NCBI GenBank assembly: GCA_044892505.1
Contig: CM097884.1
Coordinates: 111,600,001-111,664,000, forward strand
DNA: 64,000 nucleotides
Reading direction: 5' to 3'
Source of the DNA: Schmidtea nova
Lineage: Eukaryota
Translations under genes and position numbers: made by a program
The notes under the pieces: generated by a model
What the model was told of the DNA's origin: nothing
Database searches by the model: none
The model's input: only the letters and a program-made list of their open reading frames with translations
Shown here: positions 1 to 10,999 of the stretch, piece by piece
Numbering within the stretch: the first letter of the stretch is position 1
How the letters are laid out: each line of letters opens with the position of its first letter

Positions 1-2
1 TT

Positions 3-50
3 TTTGAAAATGAAGTACAAATTACTGCCAATCGAACAATACTAGTTTGA
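3..50 (+). CDS. C-terminal tail of an upstream Polinton gene, possibly the major capsid protein
   Basis: Reads FENEVQITANRTILV*, loosely resembling my recollection of Polinton capsid C-termini (F-[DE]-N-x-I-x-I-x-x-x-R-x-V). Only 15 codons are visible. Confidence 0.25.
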   Translation, partial: FENEVQITANRTILV

Positions 51-135
51 GGTCTGCAAAAAAAAAAAAACATTATTGGTTTAAACAGTATAAATGACCA
101 AAGTTATTATTATTATTATTATTATTATTATCATC

Positions 136-512
136 ATGGAGTAAGATTTTTATTTGATTAGTTATTTATTTTAATTAGTTCTATTCAGGTATTACATCAA
201 GGTAAAAAACTATTGGGAAATCAATTTATTGGAGTATTTCCTCTGGATAAAATACCTTATTTGAAAATGAATCAAGCCATCATTGTAAATACTCAGACAT
301 CTACGTTGGGCGGTGAACATTGGATTGCAGTTTACGTGAAACCAGATCGAATACATGTATTTGATCCATTTGGATATTATTATCCGAATTTACTTGTTCG
401 AAAACTACAAACTATTGGTAAACCTATTGTGTATAATAGAATTCGATATCAGCATCCTTTAACAATCACTTGTGGTGAACATTGCCTTGCATGGTTGAAA
501 TCAATGTTATAA
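136..512 (+). CDS. Adenain-like (adenovirus-type) cysteine protease of the Polinton; predicted join(136..140,179..512)
   Basis: Motifs GEHWIAV (His), FDPFG (Asp) and QHPLTITCG (Gln, Cys). The ORF-track start at 213 is a TTG. Removing a 38-nt GT..AG intron (141-178) gives MDSIQVLHQGKKLLGNQFIGVFPLD. Confidence 0.85.
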
Positions 513-543
513 ACAATTTATTTTAATATATTTTATTTGAAAA

Positions 544-945
544 ATGTCTTGTTATTTTATCGATTTTTATGGTTATAATGAAATGGGTGGAACAACAATT
601 AAGGAATTATGTATAATGAATGTTAATAATATTTTCACACCCCAGTATTATATATACAGTGATTTATCTTTCTGGCCTGATCGTATAGAATCGTTTGAAG
701 GACAAGATTATTTTTGCCCAAAATGTATAATGGATGATATCACAGATAAAGGAGCTATTTTCTATGTTACCGATAATGAAAAGATGTATGTTTTGAAGAA
801 GTATTTCCCGAAATTAAGATTAATCAAGTATACTTATAAAGAAGTTGAATATGTTCCTGAAAACATTTCATGTCCCTATAAAGACCATTGTATGTGTGCC
901 TATAAAGGGTGCTTGTCTGCTGTTGTAGATTATTTAAAGCAATAA
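544..945 (+). CDS. Conserved Polinton accessory protein, 133 aa, function unknown
   Basis: Clean ATG..TAA ORF between protease and PolB. N-terminal IDFYG..IKELCI and C-terminal CPYKDH.MCAYKGC. A clearly homologous decayed copy is present in copy B (about 55200-55480). Confidence 0.75.
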   Translation: MSCYFIDFYGYNEMGGTTIKELCIMNVNNIFTPQYYIYSDLSFWPDRIESFEGQDYFCPKCIMDDITDKGAIFYVTDNEKMYVLKKYFPKLRLIKYTYKEVEYVPENISCPYKDHCMCAYKGCLSAVVDYLKQ

Positions 946-1069
946 ATGTATAATGTGATTTTATTATTTTTTATTATTATTTTTATAAAATATTATTAAT
1001 TTTATTATTATTTTTATAAAATATTATTATTTTTATTATTATTAATATTAAATATTATTATTTTAATCA

Positions 1070-1347
1070 TAAAGACATGACCAGTGCGTGATCAGTGCGT
1101 GATAAGCACATGATGAAACACGTCATATCATGTCTTTGTCACGATACAAAGCAATATCGTGACGTCAAACACACATAAACAAAGGTACATTATGTGTGCA
1201 GTATGTGTGCATGTATTTGCCTATCCTATCTCGATTCTGATTGGTCGGTTAATAAAATTCATCTTTATATAGTATATACTTGCATTATTTCGTCACTTTT
1301 TACTTACAAATTTTCAATACAAATTTCAAATCAATTATCAATCCAAG
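1070..1347 (+). promoter_or_regulatory. Putative pPolB promoter: dyad-rich block, inverted CCAAT box and TATA-like element
   Basis: GCAGTATGTGTGCAT..CTATCCTATCTCGATTCT(G/A)ATTGG..GTTAATAAAA..CTTTATATAGT..TATTTCGTCACTTTT is shared with 55788-55900 in copy B, directly upstream of the homologous ATG. Confidence 0.6.
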
Positions 1348-1631
1348 ATGAATAATATACGAATTTCAAAGGAACGACATCTCGCAGGAGGTGTAAATGG
1401 TAAATTTATTATTTTTATTTTTAATTTTATTATTATTAATTGCTTTCAGAAATGAATATTGCGCGAAATATCGCTCATGTTATGATGGGACAAGAGGATC
1501 AATCCATAGCTATGAATGTTGCTCCAAGGATTCGAATTAATGAGAATAATGGGATTCGATTTTTGGGTAATATTTATTTTTATTATTACTATTATTTTTA
1601 TTATTATTTTACTTTAGTTAATAATGATCGC

Positions 1632-1669
<38 letters not shown>

Positions 1670-4600
1670 CGAAGCATCTAGGATGGGTACATTTTCGTCA
1701 ATGGGACGAACTAATTGTAATTTATTTATTTATTTTATTAATATTATTTCATTATAAATGTTTCAGATAATATGAATATTATGACAAATGTTGATATGGA
1801 CGATGAGGTCCCGAATCATGATGATGTCCCGAGAAATGCTGACGTCCCGAAAGTTGCTGACGTCCCGAGAAATGCTCCTGTTAATCTGGATGCCCCAATT
1901 TATGGGAAGAACAAATGTAAGTATTAATCATTATTGATTTATAATTTAACTTTTTTAATTTAACTTTTTAATATAAATAATACTTTTAATATATTATTTT
2001 TAAATAATTTAGTAATGGTTTATAAAAACAATTACTAAATGATTTAAAAGTATAATATTAAAAGTATTTATGTTATAGCATTATATTATGAAATATGAAT
2101 TATAATTTTTGTTAAAAGACATTTATGTACTAGAATTTTATTATGAAATATCCATTTTCAATAAAAAGTATTTATGTTATAGCATTATATTATGAAATAT
2201 GAATTATAATTTTTGTTAAAAGACATTTATGTACTAGAATTTTATTATGAAATATCCATTTTCACTAAAAACATTTATGTTATACCATTATATTATGAAA
2301 TATCCATTTTCACTAAAAAACATTTATGTTATACCATTATATTATGAAATATCCATTTTCACTAAAAAACATTTATGTTATACCATTATATTAGGAAATA
2401 TCCATTTTCACTAAAAAACATTTATGTTATACCATTATATTATGAAATATCCATTTTCACTAAAAAACATTTATGTTATACCATTATATTATGAAATATC
2501 CATTTTCACTAAAAAACATTTATGTTATACCATTTTATTATGAAATATCCATTTTCACTAAAAACATTTATGTTATACCATTATATTATGAAATATCCAT
2601 TTTCACTAAAAAACATTTATGTTATACCATTATATTATGAAATATCCATTTTCACTAAAAAACATTTATGTTATACCATTATATTAGGAAATATCCATTT
2701 TACTTTTCAATAAAAAACATTTATCTTATAGAATTATAATATGAAATGTCTATTTTACTTTTCAATAAAAAATATTTATGTTATAGCATTATATTATGAA
2801 ATATGAATTATCCATTTTCACTAAAAACATTTATGTTATACCATTATATTATGAAATTTTGATTTTTCAATAAAGATATTTATATTATGAAATATCTATT
2901 TTACTTTATATTATTTTTTATTTTCATTATATATATTGATAATTTATTTAATTTTTTTTTTTTATTTCAAAATTCAGGTTCAACCTACAAAATTTTTTGC
3001 AACAGTAGGTTCCATAATGATTGTCATATCATTATGGAAAAATACTACTCGATTGCATTTAATACTGTTACCCACCTCATATGCCCCACCTGTAAAATTA
3101 TCGAAATTTGCCCATATTTAGATTTCTTTAATAGGCACTGTAGCCATCTTTCACAGTTTCAGCCTTCTAAGAAAATTTTATTTAAGCAACTTTTTCCTAA
3201 TTTTATTAATACTATAAATAATCCTATAATTAATACTATAAATAATAATAATCTAAATAATACAAATAATCTTAATAATACAAACAATCTAAATAATACA
3301 AACAATCTAAATAATATCACTAATACAAATAATACAAATAATAATCTTACTAATAATTTAAATAATATCACTAATACAAATAATATCACTAATAATACAA
3401 ATAATTTAAATATTAATAAAAGAAAACATATTAAAATACCGGATTCAGTTCCTACTAAAATTCAAATAATAGATCTCACTGATGATGAATTAATAGTCAT
3501 CAGTGATGATGAAAATTTAAATAATAATGTAAATAATTTAAATAATTTAAATAATAACCAAATCGGATATGGTGCCGTCGAAATCGTCAATGACTTAAAT
3601 AACAATCATATAATTGTTAAGATGGACGTGGAAAATCTTAATTTGAAAACAGTATCAGTACCGACAATTCTTTTAGATAAATTAACTTTTGAAGTTAACA
3701 AATATAAAACTGTCAAAATCCAATTCTGTTTGAAGGTGGAATTTGAGAAGGACGATGAATTACAATCGTTCGTTATCTCAAATTCTGCCAGGGTCTGGAG
3801 TGATACCTTCATTGAGGAAGGTATTGCTCTTTTAAATGAAAAAATCATCGCGATAAATGAGAAAGGTAGTAACTGGACTATCTCAAAAGTTGAATACATT
3901 AGCTTTGTCTTGACCAGATACTCTGAAATAACTCGATTAAGCGGAAGTCAGTTTATCGAAACTCCGAAATCTTTAAGGAAAAAGAAATGTTTAGTTAATG
4001 TAGTAAATCAGGACAACTTTTGTTTTTTATATAGTTTCCTTTCTATAATTAAATATGACAGTTTAACAAATGAAACTCGTTGCATTCCTTCCTCTTATAA
4101 TCTTTCACAATTGAATTATGACCCCAATGATATGCCTATGAGACTTGGTAATATAAGTAAATTTGAGAGACAAAACCCAGGTTATAGCGTCAATGTTTTG
4201 TCATATGATGAAAATCCCTTATTAGACCTTATTGATGAAAATCAGGATATTGTCCTTAAACATCCTTTTATTGACTTAATTTACAAGTCAAAAGTTGTAG
4301 GTGGTACCCCAATAAATCTGTTATTGCTTCAAAACAGAAAAACTTTTCATTATATAGGTATCTTTGATTTGAATCGTTTTTTGAATTGCCGTAATAGCGC
4401 TATAACTTCGGTAAGGATTTGTAGTAAATGGTGTCCGAGGTGCTTAAATGGTTTTAGAAATGATGAGGTTTTCAATAGGCATAGGGGTCTTTGTGATAAA
4501 AATCAAACTGGTACAACTTTGTACACTTTACCAAAAAATAAGATGCTGGAATTTACTGAATGGCGCAAAACAGTGACTCCTCCCTTTGTTATTTATGCCG

Positions 4601-7014
4601 ACTTTGAGGCAATCTTACCTGCGGACACCAGGTATTTCCAAAAGCATTTGCCTATTTCTGCGGGTTTGTTATTAATTAACAACTTTACTGGACAAAAATC
4701 CTATAAATCTTTTGCCGGCCTTAATTGTGTAGAGGATTTCCTAAATGAAATAGAACTTATAAGTCGCCATATAGTAACACCGTACTATTATAAAAACGCT
4801 AATAAAGCTATGATAATTAGCAATGAGCAACAAATTGAATTTAACAACAGCACAATTTGTTATTTATGTAAAAAGCTATTATGTCGACCTGTTAGGGACC
4901 ATGACCATTTCACCGGTCTTTTTCTTGGAGCAGCTTGCTCAGAATGTAATAAAAATAGGCAGATTAGACATACCCTTCCTGTCATCTTTCACAATTTAAA
5001 GGGGTATGATCTACACCATATTCTAAAATATGGTTTATCTAAATACAGAAAATGGAATATTAGCTGTATTCCATTAACCAGTGAAAAATTTCTTAGTCTT
5101 TTTGCTAGGATTGACTCTTTAACTGTCAAATTCATAGACTCATACCAATTCGTCAGCGAGTCTTTAAATAATGCTGTCAAAACTCTTACTTCCTTACCAC
5201 TCACCGAATCAGAATTTCAGGGTACTATAATAACAGCCAAGGGCATTTTTCCCTATGATGCTGCAACTTCCTTAGAAGTTTTACATTCTACTTTAGCTCT
5301 CCCGCCGATCTGGAAAGATGTAAAGCCAGAAGAATATGCAATGGCACAAAGAAAATGGGTTGAAACATCATGTAATTCACTTTTTGATTACATGATGGTT
5401 TATTTAAAACTGGACGTTTTTTTACTTGCTGATTTTTTCCAGCAATTTCGTTTCAAGTCTATTAATCATAATAGACTTGAACCTCTGAATTTCCTCGGGA
5501 TTCCAAGTTTATCTTGGAGTTCTGCCTTAATGACCTTAGAATCTCCAATCGAGCTCCTCACCGATATGGAAATGTACAATTTTTTCGAGGGCGGTATCCG
5601 TGGCGGACTAACTTTTATTAACAAACACTATGTAAAAACAAGCCCGGATACCGCATTGCTTTACATAGACATCAATAACTTGTATGGATGGGCCTTAAGC
5701 CAACCTTTACCTTGTTCGAATTTTGAATGGGTCACAGATGACCACTTATTAAATGAAATCGTTTGTCAGTGCACATCGGTTGATCTAGATGCACTTCATT
5801 ATGGCTACACCATAGAAGTGGATTTGGAGATACCGGCATCAATTCACGACAAACTGGATGATCTTCCAGTTGCCGCTGAAAAGATGTGTGCACCGGGATC
5901 CAAGGTTGAGAAGCTGATGCTCACGCATAATCCAAAGAAGAACTATGTTCTTCATTGGCGGCTTCTGCAACTATTTCTTAAATTAGGCATCGTGATAACA
6001 AAGGTCCACAGGGCCATAAAATTTAATCAAAGCAAAATTTTTTTAAATTATATTAATACCAACACGACGTTACGATCGGCGTCAACAACTAAATTAGATC
6101 GAGATTTTTATAAATTATTAAACAACAGTCTTTACGGCAAGACTGTTGAAAATTTAAAAAAGCGTATTAATTTGCGCCTATGTAATAATGCCGAAAAATT
6201 ATTAACTTATTGCTCGAAACCTACGTTTCGTAAAACTAATAAAATAGACAATGATCTTATTTCTGTCTTGCTGCGAAAGGAGTCAGTATGTTTGGATAGA
6301 CCCAGCTACATCGGTCAAACTGTACTGGATTTATCCAAACTAAGAATGTACCAGCTACAGTATGTAGAGTTACAAAAATATCGTGACGACTACAACTGTA
6401 AGATTAACATCGTCGCTGGGGATACTGACTCCTTTTTTCTTGAGGTCAAAAACTGTAGTCTTGACACTCTTTTACCGGCTATGGTTAATGATTGCTTGCT
6501 GGACACCTCTAATTATGACCCTATGGATCCTTTATACAACAGAAACCTTGACTCTGTCATTGGAAAGTTCAAAGACGAGAGTAAAGGGATGTTGTATAAA
6601 GAGTGGGTGTTTCTTAGACCGAAATGCTACAGTTTAATGGGTGATGAGGAAAGTATGAAGGCTAAGGGGATATGCATGAAGGATACTGGACTAACTCATC
6701 AGTCGTATCTCGATTGCTATTTAAATAACAAGATCTATACGGTCCCCCAGTTTAGGATAACATCGAAAAATCACCAGCTTTTTAGTGTGAAAAATAATAA
6801 GCGTGCATTAAACTGTAGAGATGATAAGCGCAATTGGGTAGGGAAAAATAAAAGCCTGGCATATGGCCATTATAGAGGGGGTAACAGTATTTTAGATACG
6901 GAGCAGCCTCAGCAGCAGATTCAACAACAACAACAGATACAACAGCTACAACAACAGCTACAAAATGATCCGTATTTATTTTACGAAGAGCCGGAGCATA
7001 ATTATTTGCAATGA
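1348..7014 (+). CDS. Protein-primed family B DNA polymerase (pPolB), spliced; predicted join(1348..1399,1450..1566,1618..1716,1767..1916,2978..7014), 1484 aa
   Basis: Exo I YADFE, Exo II HNLKGYD, Exo III YLKLDV; polymerase motifs YIDINNLYG, KLLNNSLYGK and GDTDS; endonuclease VII-like insert CYLC..VRDHDH.TG.FLGAACSECN. Four GT..AG phase-1 introns (50, 51, 50, 1061 nt) join upstream exons in frame to the 2887..7014 ORF, whose first 30 codons are intron-like AT sequence. Confidence 0.9.
2040..2880. repeat. 49-bp minisatellite inside predicted intron 4 of pPolB
   Basis: Unit TATACCATTATATTATGAAATATCCATTTTCACTAAAAAACATTTATGT recurs at 2281, 2330, 2379 and onward, with degenerate copies on both flanks. 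Confidence 0.9.
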
Positions 7015-8129
7015 TGGCTGGAAAAATTATCTAATCAGAAAATGGAAAAAGAAAAATAAGAGAAAATCAAAAAACAAAATTCAAAAAATCAAAAAACAGA
7101 AAATCAAAAAAAAAATAAAAAAACCAGAAAGATATGCGAATGCACAATCGGCCCTCTTCAGGGCCACAATTTATGATTGTTAAAAAGTTTTTGCAATTTT
7201 AGATTTTTAGAAAACAGTACCGATAATAAAACAGAAAGGAAAACAGATTCAGAAACCAGAAAATAAAACTGAAAAGAAATATGAAAAGTAACCGAAAAGA
7301 AAATACATAAAAGAAATATGAAAACCGAAAAGAAAAACCGAAAAGAAATATGAAAACCGAAAAGAAAAAACGAAAAGAAATATGAAAAAAGATTGAGAAT
7401 GAAATAATGGTCCTCTTTAGGGCCTTATTTTATGATTGTAAATAATATTGCGCAATCAATAAAAACTATGAAAATATTTTATTTTGTTTTGTTTGTTTGT
7501 TTTTGAAATTATTTTTATAAGTTAATATTATTATTTTTTATAAGTTATTATAATTATAAGTTATCATTATTATTTTTATAAGTTATTATTATTATTTTTA
7601 TAAGTTATTATTATTATTAATATTATAAGTTATTATTATTATTATTATTATTAATATTATTATTAACACTATCATTAACACTATCATTATTCTTTTTTTT
7701 TTATAAGTTATTATTATTATTAACACTATTATNNNNNNNNNNNNNNNNNNNNNNNNNNNNNNNNNNNNNNNNNNNNNNNNNNNNNNNNNNNNNNNNNNNN
7801 NNNNNNNNNNNNNNNNNNNNNNNNNNNNNNNNNNNNNNNNNNNNNNNNNNNNNNNNNNNNNNNNNNNNNNNNNNNNNNNNNNNNNNNNNNNNNNNNNNNN
7901 NNNNNNNNNNNNNNNNNNNNNNNNNNNNNNNNNNNNNNNNNNNNNNNNNNNNNNNNNNNNNNNNNNNNNNNNNNNNNNNNNNNNNNNNNNNNNNNNNNNN
8001 NNNNNNNNNNNNNNNNNNNNNNNNNNNNNNNNNNNNNNNNNNNNNNNNNNNNNNNNNNNNNNNNNNNNNNNNNNNNNNNNNNNNNNNNNNNNNNNNNNNN
8101 NNTATCACTAATATTATCATTATTATCAA

Positions 8130-8205
<76 letters not shown>

Positions 8206-8350
8206 AGTTNNNNNNNNNNNNNNNNNNNNNNNNNNNNNNNNNNNNNNNNNNNNNNNNNNNNNNNNNNNNNNNNNNNNNNNNNNNNNNNNNNNNNNNNNNN
8301 NNNNNNNNNNNNNNNNNNNNNNNNNNNNNNNNNNNNNNNNNNNNNAAATA

Positions 8351-8695
8351 ATGATGAAAATAGTTGAACGATTAAAATGTATCAATCAAACTTTTGTTAA
8401 AAAAGAATATGAAGTCAGATACCAAAATCAAACAGTTGAAAATGAAAAAACAGCCATTGTATTACATTATATAAGTTTATTTATATTAATAATTATAATG
8501 ATGTTATCGGCATCCATACGGCTGGAGAAGATTTCAAATATTCCAAAGAATAATATTCCGACAAATACTAGTATTCCGATGAATAATATTACAATGAATA
8601 ATATTCCTATGAATAATATTCCGAGTAATAATCCAGATGTAAATAATTTTGAAACTAAATTTTGTACACGTACACAACGATATATTTATAAATAA
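8351..8695 (+). CDS. Possible small Polinton ORF with one hydrophobic segment and xNNIP repeats
   Basis: 114-codon ORF next to a gap, between pPolB and the terminus. No recognised homology. Confidence 0.25.
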   Translation: MMKIVERLKCINQTFVKKEYEVRYQNQTVENEKTAIVLHYISLFILIIIMMLSASIRLEKISNIPKNNIPTNTSIPMNNITMNNIPMNNIPSNNPDVNNFETKFCTRTQRYIYK

Positions 8696-8709
8696 ATTTT
8701 ATTTTCAAT

Positions 8710-9458
8710 GTCTTTGTTCATGTTGCACGTGTATTGCATTGTCTTTGTTTAAGTTGCACGCGTGTTGCAAAGTCTTGCACGTGTATTGCATTGTCTTTGT
8801 TTAAGTTGCACGCGTGTTGCAAACCTTTCGATGACTAATATTTCTGTTAAAATTATTTATGTAAAAAAAAAATTTGTGTAAAAAAAAAAAATTAATTTAC
8901 AATTANNNNNNNNNNNNNNNNNNNNNNNNNNNNNNNNNNNNNNNNNNNNNNNNNNNNNNNNNNNNNNNNNNNNNNNNNNNNNNNNNNNNNNNNNNNNNNN
9001 NNNNNNNNNNNNNNNNNNNNNNNNNNNNNNNNNNTCTCGAAAAAGTTCTTTGTTTAAAAATTTTTACGCCCACGCATTAAAAAGTTCTTTGTTTAAATTT
9101 TTTACGCCCACGCATAAAAAGTTCTTTGTTTAAAAAAAAAAATTTAAAAAAAAAAATTTGTATGAAAAAAAATTTGTGAAAAAAAAATTTATGAAAAAAA
9201 AAATTTGTGAAAAAAAAAAATTTGTGTTAAAAAATTTTGTGTTAAAAAATTTTATGTTAAAAAATTTTGTGTTAAAAAATTTTGTGTTAAAAAATTTTGT
9301 GTTAAAAAATTTTGTGTTGAAAAAATTTGTGTTAAAAAAAATTTGTGTTAAAAAAAAAAATTTGTGTTAAAAAAAAATTTTGTGTTAAAAAATTTTGAAA
9401 TTTAAATTTGGCGCGAAAAAAAATTTTTCAAAAAAAAAATTCAAAAATTTTTGGCGCG

Positions 9459-9490
<32 letters not shown>

Positions 9491-9600
9491 CCCCCCCCCC
9501 CCCCCCGGGGGGGTTCGGAAAAAAAAGTTCTTTGTTTAAAATTTTCCGCCCACGCATTATGACTCATTTCTTTGTGTTTGACTCCACACATCTACCTACT
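8710..9600. repeat. Subterminal repeat region and probable right TIR of Polinton A
   Basis: Tandem TTGCACG(T/C)GT units (8720-8825), AAAAGTTCTTTGTTTAAA..CGCCCACGCAT units (9040-9130, 9520-9557), a ~15-bp TTTTGTGTTAAAAAA array (9160-9390), a C16G7 run (9491-9513) and terminal CCTACT. The partner TIR is outside the window. Confidence 0.6.
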
Positions 9601-10348
9601 CTCAACGTTCAAATTATAAATGTTATTTTCGACCACACTGGCAATTCTCTCAAAGCATCTTGAGTTTATATAGTGATTTTGATGTTTCAGCCTTTAATTT
9701 CATTTTCAATAATTGTTTTTGAGGTTCTTTAAACAAAATAATCAAATTGTCCTATTACTGGGGTTTGCCGCCGGGTTTAATTTATTTTTTTGGGCAAATT
9801 GGATTTATGTATTTTCCCGGGGCATTTATTAATAATCCAATTCTCTTGGATAGTCTAATAATTTTGTTGATACCTCAGGTTTCCCATTGCGCTCAGGTTT
9901 CCCATTAGCTCGGGCTTCTCATTAGCTCGGGTTTTCTACATAACTCATAAATTATTCATTATGTTTTAATTAGGTTTTATTTATTGAATATCTTTTTCTG
10001 GCGACCCTTCATTATTAGACCTCCTACCATACCAGTTTTCCCCGTTAAATCTTTATTTTTAATTTTTAAAAATTTTTAATTAATTTTTATACTTTAATTA
10101 TCATTTTTGGATTTTGTTGTTTTTTCATTGATTTGCACATAATTTTGTGCTTTTTATTTTTATTTCATGCCTTTCAGGCAAACACTAACAAATATATGAA
10201 AAAAATTATTAGTAAATAATATTAAAAAAAATATTATAAAATATTAATTATAATAAAAAAAATATTCTTTTAAAAAACTTCTTTTTTATCTTTGGCACAA
10301 AATTGTAAAACACAATTATATCGAAAATCGGAAAGTTAAAACTTTAAA

Positions 10349-10882
10349 ATTATATAACAAGGGTGGGCACGCATGAGTTCAATGAGAGACAATTTCCGAT
10401 AATTTATTTTTTAAAGAGCCACCATAGTAAAGTACACATTGTTTTAATTTCATTAATTTGATTAAAAAAGACTTAAACGCTATTAAAACAAAAAGAAAAT
10501 AATTATTTCAAAATTTAAGTAACAAAAATATAATATAATAAAAATCCATTAATAAAAAGTAATGAAAATCCATTAATAAAAAGTAATAAAAATCCTTGAA
10601 TTCTCTCTCGTTGTTATAACAAAGCGCCGCCTACTACAAAATAATTTTAAAAAGCAGTAAAATGTGAAAAACAATGTTTCGTTAATTTTTGATATTTATG
10701 AAATTACAATTGCAACAAAAAAAAATTTTTTTAAAAATTCAGTGAAAAATTCCAAACCAAAAAAATCAGTGGAAAAAAATCGAATTCAATTTTCAAATTC
10801 AATTATCAATGAGCCGCAGTTTACTCAACGAAGAGCCGCATGCGGCTCCAAGAGCCACATTTGCCCACCGTTGTTATATAAT
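10349..10882. mobile_element. MITE-like element
   Basis: 21-bp inverted repeats ATTATATAACAA(G/C)GGTGGGCA at 10349-10369 and 10862-10882 (one mismatch), with a non-coding interior. Confidence 0.55.
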
Positions 10883-10999
10883 GATGTTTTAATATTAGTT
10901 TTTCATATCTTTTTTTACCTCTTTTTTTTATATCTTTTGTTGCTCGCTAGTAATCATGTCCAAATATCCTCACAATGTATATGAATGTGGTAAGACTAA

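Larger units (their letters stand above)
1..9600 (+). mobile_element. Polinton/Maverick DNA element, copy A (right part; left end lies upstream of the window)
   Basis: Co-oriented adenain-like protease, accessory ORF and protein-primed PolB, followed by a repeat-rich subterminal region ending ...ACTCCACACATCTACCTACT at 9600. This resembles the TSD-defined right end of copy B (...CTCCACATAACTGCCTACT, 60697). Confidence 0.9.

Noticed and set aside
1440-1757. Stand-alone 105-aa ORF
   Set aside because: It is exons 2 and 3 of pPolB read through a 51-nt intron (YFYYYY tract).
2230-2860. CRISPR-like regular repeat
   Set aside because: Head-to-tail 49-bp units with no unique spacers, in eukaryotic context with no cas genes. 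It is a minisatellite, and the 63-aa ORF at 2522 is a by-product.
2887-2977. ORF-track start of pPolB (MKYLFYF...)
   Set aside because: The first 30 codons are an AT/pyrimidine-rich intron end finishing in TTCAG. The spliced model explains them better.
6880-6895. Possible extra intron near the pPolB C-terminus (GTAACAGTATTTTAG)
   Set aside because: Only 15 nt, too short for a spliceosomal intron, and the frame is open without it.
7701-8385. ORFs containing long X runs (also at 15416, 38720-39921, 43073-44295, 54630-55198 and 59320-60126)
   Set aside because: Artefacts of translating through N gaps. Those near 54630 and 59584 lie inside the TIRs.
9158-9663. Lys/Phe-rich ORFs near the Polinton A end
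   Set aside because: Translations of A/T homopolymer and 15-bp tandem repeats.
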